From positions 40,938 to 104,937 of the forward strand of contig JAKIWV010000003.1 in the NCBI GenBank assembly GCA_022749815.1: DNA of 64,000 nucleotides, written 5' to 3'. Position numbers and translations under genes: made by a program. This document shows positions 26,916-34,533 of this stretch, piece by piece. The notes beneath the pieces were generated by a model that saw only the letters and a program-made list of their open reading frames with translations, did not search any database and was not told where the DNA came from. Numbering within the stretch: position 1 is the stretch's first letter; the number at the start of each line of letters is the position of its first letter. The stretch comes from Thermoplasmata archaeon (lineage in GTDB: Archaea > Thermoplasmatota > Thermoplasmata > Lutacidiplasmatales > UBA184).

Positions 26916-28007
26916 GTGCGCGCGCTGCTCGTGACCCCTCCGAAGGCCGGGGTCCGCTTGGGCGAGACAGCCGAGCCCGCGCCCGGACGGGACGAGGTGA
27001 AGGTCCGCGTGACCGAGTGCGGGCTCTGTGGCACCGATCGAGATATCGTCGCCGGGAAATATGGCACTCCGCCCGAGGGCCGAACCGACCTGGTCCTCGG
27101 CCACGAAAACTTGGGAAAGGTCATCGAGGTCGGGGCCGAGGCGCGCGGGTTCCACGTAGGGGACGACGTCGTCGCGACGGTGCGCAGAGGGTGTGGCGTC
27201 TGCCGATTCTGCCGGACCCAACGGTCGGATTTCTGCGAGACGGGGTTCTTCACCGAGCGCGGCATCAAGGGGCGGGACGGGTACTTGTCCGAGTACTACG
27301 TCGAGCGACCCGAGTACTTGGTCCGGGTTCCGCGACCGCACCGGTTGAGCGCGGTGCTGCTGGAGCCCCTCAGCGTCGTCGAGAAAGCCGTGACGCAAGG
27401 GACTCGGGTCCTCGACCGGATGGAGATCGCCCCGGGGAAGGCCCCGAATCGGCCCCGCAAAGCGTTGGTCGCCGGAACGGGCGCGATCGGGATGCTCGCC
27501 GCCCTCGTGCTCGCGAGTGAAGAATTCGAGGTGACGGCCGTCGACCGGCATGGAGACAAGACCCCGGCCGCCACTCGGCTGTCGACGATCGGCGCTCACC
27601 ACTTCAACGTGTCCGCCGGTCTGTCCGTTTTGGGGGAGCAGCGATTTGACCTGGTGTTCGATGCGACGGGCTCGGCCGTCTTGGACTTCGACCTGACTTC
27701 CCGCCTCGGCACGAATGGCGTGCTCGTCGTGACCGGAATCCCCTACGGAGGGGGACCGATGCTGTCGGTACCCGGCGGAGAGATCCTGCGGAGGCTGGTC
27801 CTGCAGAACCAAGCGATCGTGGGGTCTGTCAACGCCAACCGAAGGTACTTCGAAGCCGGGCTGCGCCATCTGACGGACTTCCGCCGCCGGTGGGGCACCG
27901 TCGCGGAGCAGCTGATCAGCCACCGCCGGCCGTGGACCGATTACGGCTCGGTGCTTCTTGGGGCCCGCCCCGAGGGCATCAAGACGGTCCTCACCATCGG
28001 GAACTAG
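26916..28007 (+). CDS. Zn-dependent glucose 1-dehydrogenase (MDR family, Thermoplasma type)
   Basis: CGLCGTDRDIV, LVLGHENLG, CxxC cluster GCGVCRFC, C-terminal IKTVLTI. Confidence 0.7.
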   Translation: MRALLVTPPKAGVRLGETAEPAPGRDEVKVRVTECGLCGTDRDIVAGKYGTPPEGRTDLVLGHENLGKVIEVGAEARGFHVGDDVVATVRRGCGVCRFCRTQRSDFCETGFFTERGIKGRDGYLSEYYVERPEYLVRVPRPHRLSAVLLEPLSVVEKAVTQGTRVLDRMEIAPGKAPNRPRKALVAGTGAIGMLAALVLASEEFEVTAVDRHGDKTPAATRLSTIGAHHFNVSAGLSVLGEQRFDLVFDATGSAVLDFDLTSRLGTNGVLVVTGIPYGGGPMLSVPGGEILRRLVLQNQAIVGSVNANRRYFEAGLRHLTDFRRRWGTVAEQLISHRRPWTDYGSVLLGARPEGIKTVLTIGN

Positions 28008-28046
28008 GGACGGACCGACGAGCGCGCCGCCGTTCGAGGTAACGGC

Positions 28047-28053
28047 TAAATAT
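28047..28053 (+). promoter_or_regulatory. TATA-like box upstream of rps8e
   Basis: TAAATAT about 40 nt before the ATG at 28093. Confidence 0.35.
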
Positions 28054-28092
28054 CGCACCCGGCTCGAAGCGCCCTCCCTCTTCTGAGAGCAA

Positions 28093-28491
28093 ATGGGACT
28101 TTGGCAAGGCCGTTCACGACGCAAGCCGACGGGTGGCCGCCTCCGTCCGTTCCGGAAGAAGCGCCGCTTCGAGATCGCCCGAGAGTTCCAGTTCGCCACC
28201 ATCGGCAGTGGATACGTCAAGAAATATCGCGTACGCGGCGCGAACCGGAAGCTCCGCGTGATGACCGCCTATGCGATCAACGTGTACGACCCCGCGACCA
28301 AGAAAATGCAGGTCGCGAAGGTCCTCACGGTCCGGGAGAACAAGGCGAATCCCAACTACGTCCAACGGAACATCATCACTCGCGGTGCGGTGGTCGAGAC
28401 CGACCTCGGTCTCGTGGAAGTCCGCTCCCGGCCCGGTCAGGACGGCGTGCTCAACGGGATCCGGGTCGCCAAGGCCGCGACCCCGGCCTGA
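28093..28491 (+). CDS. rps8e: 30S ribosomal protein S8e
   Basis: WQGRSRRKPTGGRLRPFRKKRRFE N-terminus. Confidence 0.9.
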   Translation: MGLWQGRSRRKPTGGRLRPFRKKRRFEIAREFQFATIGSGYVKKYRVRGANRKLRVMTAYAINVYDPATKKMQVAKVLTVRENKANPNYVQRNIITRGAVVETDLGLVEVRSRPGQDGVLNGIRVAKAATPA

Positions 28492-28510
28492 GCGGGCCGG
28501 TCGCGCGGCG

Positions 28511-28807
28511 ATGCCGGACCACATCTACGTGTACCCGGCCTACCTCCTCAAGGACGGTTCTCGCGCCGACGGCCGTCGGGTCGCTGCGGCCCATGCGCCC
28601 AGCTCGGCCACGGTGGAGCAGATCGTCGCCGCGGCGAAGTCGCTCGGATTTCAAGCGGTGGCCGAGCCCGACCGCGGCTATCCCCGGCGGGGGTCCGCCG
28701 AGGTGGGTCGCGTGAAGGTGACGAAGCGCTCCGGGGTCACGAAGACGAAACTCCTGCGCCTCCTCGCCGACGAGGTCCGGAAGTCCGGCGGGCCGACGCC
28801 CCGGTGA
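28511..28807 (+). CDS. srp19: Signal recognition particle protein SRP19
   Basis: IYVYPAYLLKDGSRADGRRV. About 98 aa. ATG inside ORF 28271..28807. Confidence 0.8.
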   Translation: MPDHIYVYPAYLLKDGSRADGRRVAAAHAPSSATVEQIVAAAKSLGFQAVAEPDRGYPRRGSAEVGRVKVTKRSGVTKTKLLRLLADEVRKSGGPTPR

Positions 28808-28811
28808 ACCG

Positions 28812-29606
28812 ATGGAAGAACCGGGAACGATCTACTTCACCGGCACCGCGGGGGCCGGCAAGACGTCGTTGGTGCAGGCCTTCCAAGGCTGGCTCGACAC
28901 GCAAAGCATCGACGTGGTCACCGTGAACTTGGACCCGGGGAGCGAGGCCGGCAGTTTCGAGCCCGACGTGGACATCCGCGACTGGGTCCGGTTGCCCCAG
29001 GTGATGCAGGAGTACGGGCTCGGACCCAACGGAGCCCAGGTCGCCGCCGCCGACATGATCGCGCTCAAGATCTTCGAGGTGAAGCAGTCGCTGGACGGCT
29101 ATCGGGCGCAGTACATCCTCGTCGATACTCCGGGGCAGTTCGAGCTCTTCGCCTTCCGGGAATCCTCCAAAGCGATCGTGGACGCTCTCAGTGGGGATCG
29201 GTCCTTGATCGCGTTCCTCTTCGACCCGGCGCTCGCGCGCAAGGCGTCGGGGTTCGTGTCGCTGCGGATGCTTTCCGCCACCGTCGAGTTCCGGTTCCGC
29301 CTCCCGATGCTGAACCTGCTGACCAAGTCCGATGTGCTCACCCCCGGGCAGCTCGAGGAGATCCTCAGCTGGGGCGATAACCCGATGACGCTCTACGAAG
29401 CGGTGGGTCAGGAACTTCCCACGCCCGATGTTCAGCTGTCGACGGAACTGTTCCGGGCGATGGAGACCATGGCCCCCCAGACCGCGCTCGTCCCCACGTC
29501 GGCGACGGAGCAGAAGGGGCTGAACGTCCTCTACGAGGCCGTCGAGCGGATCTTCAGCGGCGGCGCCGACGAAGAGACCACGGAACCGATCGACGATAGC
29601 GAGTGA
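28812..29606 (+). CDS. GPN-loop GTPase
   Basis: GTAGAGKTS P-loop, LDPG, GLGPNGA GPN motif, TKSD. Confidence 0.85.
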   Translation: MEEPGTIYFTGTAGAGKTSLVQAFQGWLDTQSIDVVTVNLDPGSEAGSFEPDVDIRDWVRLPQVMQEYGLGPNGAQVAAADMIALKIFEVKQSLDGYRAQYILVDTPGQFELFAFRESSKAIVDALSGDRSLIAFLFDPALARKASGFVSLRMLSATVEFRFRLPMLNLLTKSDVLTPGQLEEILSWGDNPMTLYEAVGQELPTPDVQLSTELFRAMETMAPQTALVPTSATEQKGLNVLYEAVERIFSGGADEETTEPIDDSE

Positions 29607-29613
29607 GCGCCGT

Positions 29614-29928
29614 TCACTCCGTGAAGAAGAGGCCCATGCCCACTGAGGCAGCCTCGTCCTCTTCCTGAAGCCGGGTCCGAAGAGCTTCGCCTTCCTTTGC
29701 GGGAAGCTTGGTGCCGATCTCCTGGAGGAGCGTCTCGGCCCTGGCGACGGCCTCGACCGACCCGTCGATCAGGATGAAGAGATGACCCGACGGCCCGCCC
29801 AGCGTGGCGGCGTCCCGGAGCTTGTGGCTCTGCCGGGCCACGACCTCGTCGCGGAGCGCCTCGTCGAGCTGGGCGCGCCGGTCGTTGGGGAGTTGGAATA
29901 TCGTCCAGGCCATCGGTCCGCGGTGCAT
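29614..29928 (-). CDS. Small conserved-looking protein with acidic C-terminal GMGLFF tail
   Basis: 104-aa ORF (alternative start M6 at 29913) ending EEDEAASVGMGLFFTE. Confidence 0.5.
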   Translation of the reverse strand: MHRGPMAWTIFQLPNDRRAQLDEALRDEVVARQSHKLRDAATLGGPSGHLFILIDGSVEAVARAETLLQEIGTKLPAKEGEALRTRLQEEDEAASVGMGLFFTE

Positions 29929-29952
29929 CGGCGGCAGGTATGACCTTTTCCC

Positions 29953-30723
29953 ATGGAGAACAGCCTATGGGGTCGCCGGAGCTGCGCCGAATCCATGTGG
30001 TCGTCCACTTCAGGCCCGGTCTTCTCGCCGAGCGAGCCCGGGCGGATCCTGCTCCTCGGGTCGGCCCACGTGGTCGACCTATCGGCCCCGATCCGGGAAC
30101 GCCTTGCGGCCTTTCCCCTTCAAGCCGTCGCGCTGGAGCTCGACCCCGAACGGGCCGGCGTCCTCGAGGAGCCGTCCGGCGTGACCCCGGCCCATCGTCC
30201 CTCGGTCCCTCCGTTGATCCGCCTGTGGGGTATTCTCCAGCGTCGGCTCGGGGCCCAGCTCGGGCAAGGGGCCGGCGGCGAGATGAGGGCCGCGGCCCGG
30301 TTCGCCCGCGAACGCCAGCTGCCAATCTTTCTCATCGACGATCCCTTCGCGCTCACCGTCCGTCGCCTGTTGGCTTCCCTCTCTCCGTCGGAGCGGATCC
30401 GGCTCATCGCGGGGGCCATTCTCGGTCTGGTGATCCCCGCGCGGACGGTGAAGCGAGAGCTCGACCACTACACCGAGGCGCCGACCGAGTACACGGACGA
30501 GATACGAAACGCCTTCCCCTCGGTGGCTCGGGTGCTGATCGACGAACGGAACGACCACATGGCCGGCCGGCTCGAGGAACTGTGGCGGCGGGGAATCCAC
30601 CAGATCGCGGTCGTCGTGGGGGACGCGCACGTGACCGGCCTCGCCGAGGCGCTCCGGAAGCGTCAGCTGCCGGTAGAGACCGTCTCGCTCGGCGAGCTCC
30701 GTCCACCCATCACAGCACCGTAG
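29953..30723 (+). CDS. TraB/GumN-family protein
   Basis: ILLLGSAHVV...DERNDHMA...VVVGDAHVTGL. Confidence 0.65.
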   Translation: MENSLWGRRSCAESMWSSTSGPVFSPSEPGRILLLGSAHVVDLSAPIRERLAAFPLQAVALELDPERAGVLEEPSGVTPAHRPSVPPLIRLWGILQRRLGAQLGQGAGGEMRAAARFARERQLPIFLIDDPFALTVRRLLASLSPSERIRLIAGAILGLVIPARTVKRELDHYTEAPTEYTDEIRNAFPSVARVLIDERNDHMAGRLEELWRRGIHQIAVVVGDAHVTGLAEALRKRQLPVETVSLGELRPPITAP

Positions 30724-31591
30724 GGGACTCTGTCTTCGCCGACTCCACTGCGTCGAGGAAGGCCTGCGTCATCGACTCGACCTCGGGGCTCGAGAACGCG
30801 CTGATCTGGCCGGCGTCGCCGAGCGTCGACACCTTCGGGTGGATCGGAAGGCGGGCGAGCAACGGGATGCCGTACTCGGTGGCGACGCCCGCGACGGCGC
30901 TCGGTCCGAACGGCTCGATGCGTTCGTGGCAGTGGGGGCACTCGAGGTACGAGAGATTCTCGACGACGCCGAGGAGGGGCACGTGGAGCTCCCGGGCCAT
31001 GTTCATCGCCTTCCGGACGATGAGCGCCGCGAGTTCCTGCGGTGTGAACACGAAGACCATCCCGTCGAGCGGGATCGCCTGGAAGACGGTCAACGGCACG
31101 TCGCTCGTGCCGGGGGGCATATCGATCAACAGGTAATCGAGGCTCCCCCAATTCACCCCTCCGAAGAACTGAAGGATCAGGCGGGTCACGAGTGGGCCGC
31201 GCCAGATGACGGGAGTTTTTTCGTCCTCGACCATGAACTGGGAAGAGACAACGGAGATTCCATCGGACGTCTGGGCCGGTTCGATCCCTTCGCCGGAATC
31301 GACGAGTCCCCCCGACAACCCGAACAGCTTCGGGATAGAGGGGCCGGTGACATCGGCATCGAGAACCCCCACGCTCAACCCCCGGCGACGGAGGCCGGAG
31401 GCGAGGAGGGCGGTCACCGAGGACTTCCCCACGCCGCCCTTGCCCGACCCAATCGCCACGACGTGTTGGAGCGCCCCCTTCCCCATCCGTTGGAGAAGTC
31501 CGGCGCCCGGTCGACGTACGGGGGGGGCCCCGGCGGGAGGTGCGGAAGGCTCGTGTCCCGAGGGCTCGGTCGGCATCGCAGCGGCCCGCAA
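30710..31591 (-). CDS. Mrp/NBP35/ApbC-family Fe-S cluster carrier ATPase
   Basis: AIGSGKGGVGKSSV deviant Walker A. CPHC motif. Confidence 0.85.
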   Translation of the reverse strand: MRAAAMPTEPSGHEPSAPPAGAPPVRRPGAGLLQRMGKGALQHVVAIGSGKGGVGKSSVTALLASGLRRRGLSVGVLDADVTGPSIPKLFGLSGGLVDSGEGIEPAQTSDGISVVSSQFMVEDEKTPVIWRGPLVTRLILQFFGGVNWGSLDYLLIDMPPGTSDVPLTVFQAIPLDGMVFVFTPQELAALIVRKAMNMARELHVPLLGVVENLSYLECPHCHERIEPFGPSAVAGVATEYGIPLLARLPIHPKVSTLGDAGQISAFSSPEVESMTQAFLDAVESAKTESPTVL

Positions 31592-31603
31592 CCTGACCGA
31601 GCG

Positions 31604-31610
31604 TATTTAA
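31604..31610 (+). promoter_or_regulatory. TATA-like box upstream of the acetyl-CoA synthetase gene
   Basis: TATTTAA, followed by GAGGAGGA (31643-31650) and the ATG at 31664. Confidence 0.35.
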
Positions 31611-31707
31611 CCCGCCCCCGGGTCGGTCCGCCGTCCGACCCAGAGGAGGACCTCCTACGCCCGATGCGACCCCGCTCCGCGAGATATTCGCCCCCGCGTC
31701 CGTCGCG

Positions 31708-33879
31708 GTGATCGGGGCGTCGAACCATCCGACCTCCGTTGGCGGGATGCTGTTCCGCAACATCCTTCAGGCCGGATACCGCGGAGTCGTGTATCCGGTC
31801 AACCCGTCCTGGAAAAGTGTCTCCGGTGTCCGGTGCTATCCGTCGGTCGGCGACCTGCCGGAACCGCCCGAGCTCGCCGTCGTGATCGTGCCGGCCCCGC
31901 TCGTCACCGGCGTGATGACGGAGCTGGGAGAGTCCGGCACGCGGGGGGCCGTCGTGATCTCCGCCGGATTCAGTGAGATCGGCGGGGTGGGCATCGGTCG
32001 GGAGGAGGAGCTGGTCGCCACGGCGAAGAGGTTCGGGATGTCCGTCGTGGGACCGAACTGCTTTGGCGTGATCAACACCGCGCCGGAGGTGAGCTTGAAC
32101 GCGACGTTCTCGGAGGACCTTCCGCCGAGGGGGAACATCGCCTTCGTCTCCCAGAGCGGGGCGCTGTGCGCGGGCATTCTTCGATATGGGATCTCGGAGC
32201 GGATCGGGTTCTCTCGGTTCGTCTCCGTGGGAAACCGGGCCGGGGTGGAGGAGAGCGATATCCTTCGCTCGCTCGCCACCGACGATCACACGCAGGTGAT
32301 CTTGCTCTACATCGAGAGCCTCGCGAACGAGCGGCGATTCCTCGACGCCGCCCGCGAGGTCTCCCCCCGGAAGCCCATCCTCGTGATCAAGAGCGGTCGT
32401 TCCCCGGAAGGCGAACGGGCCGCCCGCAGTCACACCGGCTCTCTGGCCCATGCCGCCCAGGACCGGCTGTACACTGCGTTGTTCGAGCAGGCGGGGGTCC
32501 TGCGGGCCGACACGATCGGGGAGCTCTTCCGGGAGGCGAAGGTCTTCGCCACCGGAGCCCGTCTCGACGGGTCCCGGCTGGCCATCCTGACGAACTCGGG
32601 GGGCCCGGGGATCGTCGCGGCCGATGCCTGTGCACGGGGGGGGCTGTCTCTTCCCACGCTCCCCGAACGGACCCAAGCTCGGCTCCGTTCCCTCCTATCT
32701 CCCTCCGCCGCGGTCGGGAACCCCGTCGATACCACGGCCGACGCATCGATTCGTCAATTCGGGGGCGCCCTCAAGGAGCTGCTCGATGTGACGGACATCG
32801 ACGGCAGCCTGGTCATTGCCACCCCGGTAGGGGAGCTCCAGGGCCCGGCGCTCGCCCAGGCGATCCTGACCTCTCGAGGGCGGCTCAAGAAGCCGGTCGT
32901 TGCCTGCGTGTTCGGTCTCGTGGACCTGACCCAGGAGGTCCGCACGCTCGAAGACCATGGAGTCCCCTCGTTTACCTTTCCTGAGGAGGCGGTCGCCGCC
33001 CTCGCGAGCCTCGCGCATTACGAACGGCGACACGACCGGACCCCGCGGCCCTTCCATCCCTACCCGGTCGACCGGGCGGCCATCGACCGGTTGCTGGCGG
33101 GGGTCCCCCGGGCCGAATCGACCGTGCTGCCCGAATTCTCTGCGCGGGCGCTGCTCGCGGCATATGGTGTCCCGTTCGCCCCGGCCCGTCTCGCGCAGAC
33201 CCTGGAAGAAGCCGTCCGATTCGCCGATCGCGTCGGGTACCCGGTTGTGCTGAAAGTGGCGTCGCCGGACATCTCGCACAAGACCGACGTCGGCGGAGTC
33301 CGCGTGGGGATCTCGGACGAGTCGGACTTGCGGACGGCCTGGAAAGAGGTCCGGGACGCGGTGACCTTGCATCTTCCGAAGGCCCGGATCGAGGGCTTTG
33401 AGGTCGAGAAGATGATCACCGGCGGCAAGGAGGTCCTCGTCGGGCTCCAGCGCGACCCCCGGTTTGGGCCGGTCATCGCCTTCGGTCTGGGGGGAATCTA
33501 TGTGGAGGTGCTGCAGGACGTCACCTTCCGGCTCGCCCCGTTCGACCAGACCGAGGCCGAGGAGATGGTGGCGTCGGTCCGGGCGTTTCCGCTCCTGCAG
33601 GGGGTCCGCGGCGAGCGCCCCAGCGATCTCCCGGCCTTGTCCACTGTACTAGGGAGAGTGGCGCAGCTCGCGCTGGACCTCCCCCAAGTCCAGGAGCTGG
33701 ACCTCAACCCGGTGATCGTCCTACCGACGGGGAAGGGCGCCTTCGCCGTCGACGCCCGGTTGGTGCTCGGGCCCACCGGTCGGACTTCCAGATCGGCACG
33801 TCCCGCTTCAGCTCCTCGATCAGGAAGCGGGCGGCCCCAAAGGCCGCCGACCGGTGGGGCGCCGCGACGCCGACGATGA
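31708..33879 (+). CDS. ADP-forming acetyl-CoA synthetase (fused alpha/beta; CoA-binding + ligase-CoA + ATP-grasp)
   Basis: GASNHPTSVGG, GPNCFG and SQSGAL motifs, with a C-terminal ATP-grasp. The conserved N-terminus continues upstream of the first canonical start (see findings). Confidence 0.8.
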   Translation: MIGASNHPTSVGGMLFRNILQAGYRGVVYPVNPSWKSVSGVRCYPSVGDLPEPPELAVVIVPAPLVTGVMTELGESGTRGAVVISAGFSEIGGVGIGREEELVATAKRFGMSVVGPNCFGVINTAPEVSLNATFSEDLPPRGNIAFVSQSGALCAGILRYGISERIGFSRFVSVGNRAGVEESDILRSLATDDHTQVILLYIESLANERRFLDAAREVSPRKPILVIKSGRSPEGERAARSHTGSLAHAAQDRLYTALFEQAGVLRADTIGELFREAKVFATGARLDGSRLAILTNSGGPGIVAADACARGGLSLPTLPERTQARLRSLLSPSAAVGNPVDTTADASIRQFGGALKELLDVTDIDGSLVIATPVGELQGPALAQAILTSRGRLKKPVVACVFGLVDLTQEVRTLEDHGVPSFTFPEEAVAALASLAHYERRHDRTPRPFHPYPVDRAAIDRLLAGVPRAESTVLPEFSARALLAAYGVPFAPARLAQTLEEAVRFADRVGYPVVLKVASPDISHKTDVGGVRVGISDESDLRTAWKEVRDAVTLHLPKARIEGFEVEKMITGGKEVLVGLQRDPRFGPVIAFGLGGIYVEVLQDVTFRLAPFDQTEAEEMVASVRAFPLLQGVRGERPSDLPALSTVLGRVAQLALDLPQVQELDLNPVIVLPTGKGAFAVDARLVLGPTGRTSRSARPASAPRSGSGRPQRPPTGGAPRRRR

Positions 33880-34153
33880 CCGACGCGGCGCCCACGCGGA
33901 GCCGGCCGATGCGATGCACCAGGTGCACGCGGCGCGCGCCGAACCGCTGACGCGCCCGGCGCTCGAGCGCTCGGAGTCGGGTCAGCGCCATGGCCCGATC
34001 GGCCTCGTAGTCGAGCGCGGAGACCCGACGGCCCCTCGAAGTGTCCGGACGCACGCGACCCACGAAGAGCACCACCGCACCGCTCGCATCGTCCTCGAGC
34101 TGGCGCGCCACGCGAGCGATGGTCAGCGGTCGCGACGTGATCTCGCAGGACAC
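33704..34153 (-). CDS. moaE: Molybdopterin synthase catalytic subunit
   Basis: GAVVLFVGRVR...VGVAAPHR...LKRDVPIWK. GTG start 5 nt after the moaD stop. Confidence 0.75.
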   Translation of the reverse strand: MSCEITSRPLTIARVARQLEDDASGAVVLFVGRVRPDTSRGRRVSALDYEADRAMALTRLRALERRARQRFGARRVHLVHRIGRLRVGAASVIVGVAAPHRSAAFGAARFLIEELKRDVPIWKSDRWARAPTGRRRRRRPSPSVGRSPG

Positions 34154-34157
34154 CGGC

Positions 34158-34415
34158 TCATCCCCCGCTGTACGGCGGGTGAATGGCGATCTCGTCCCCG
34201 GGCCCGATCCGGGCGCGCCGGCCCCGCACGTACACCCCATTGCAGGCCAGCCGCGACCCTTTGAGTATCGGCTCGAGCTGAGGGTGCTCCTCGACCAGAC
34301 CGGCGAGGAGGGCTCTCACCGTCGATCCGCTCGCAGGAACCTCCCAATCGACGGACGCGGCTCCCACCGCCTCGCGGGCGGTGGCGAACAGCAGCACTCG
34401 AACCGAGCGCGTCAC
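34158..34415 (-). CDS. moaD: Molybdopterin synthase sulfur carrier subunit
   Basis: About 85 aa, VRVLLFATAREAVG..., ends in GG. GTG start inside ORF 34158..34757. Confidence 0.75.
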   Translation of the reverse strand: MTRSVRVLLFATAREAVGAASVDWEVPASGSTVRALLAGLVEEHPQLEPILKGSRLACNGVYVRGRRARIGPGDEIAIHPPYSGG

Positions 34416-34533
34416 GAGGAGGGGCTCGCGCCTCCCGAACGGTTCGAAGTTGCTCGGTCGCGCCTGAAACGCCGCATGGTCACGGGGACGACCCCGAACG
34501 GCTATGTAGGTTCCACCATCTAATCGGCCCTCT

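Noticed and set aside
25922-27268. The upstream 450 codons of the 669-aa minus-strand ORF 25259-27268.
   Set aside because: Only the last 220 codons (from ATG 25921) are RNase HII. The rest is antisense to the aldolase and glucose dehydrogenase genes and is not protein-like.
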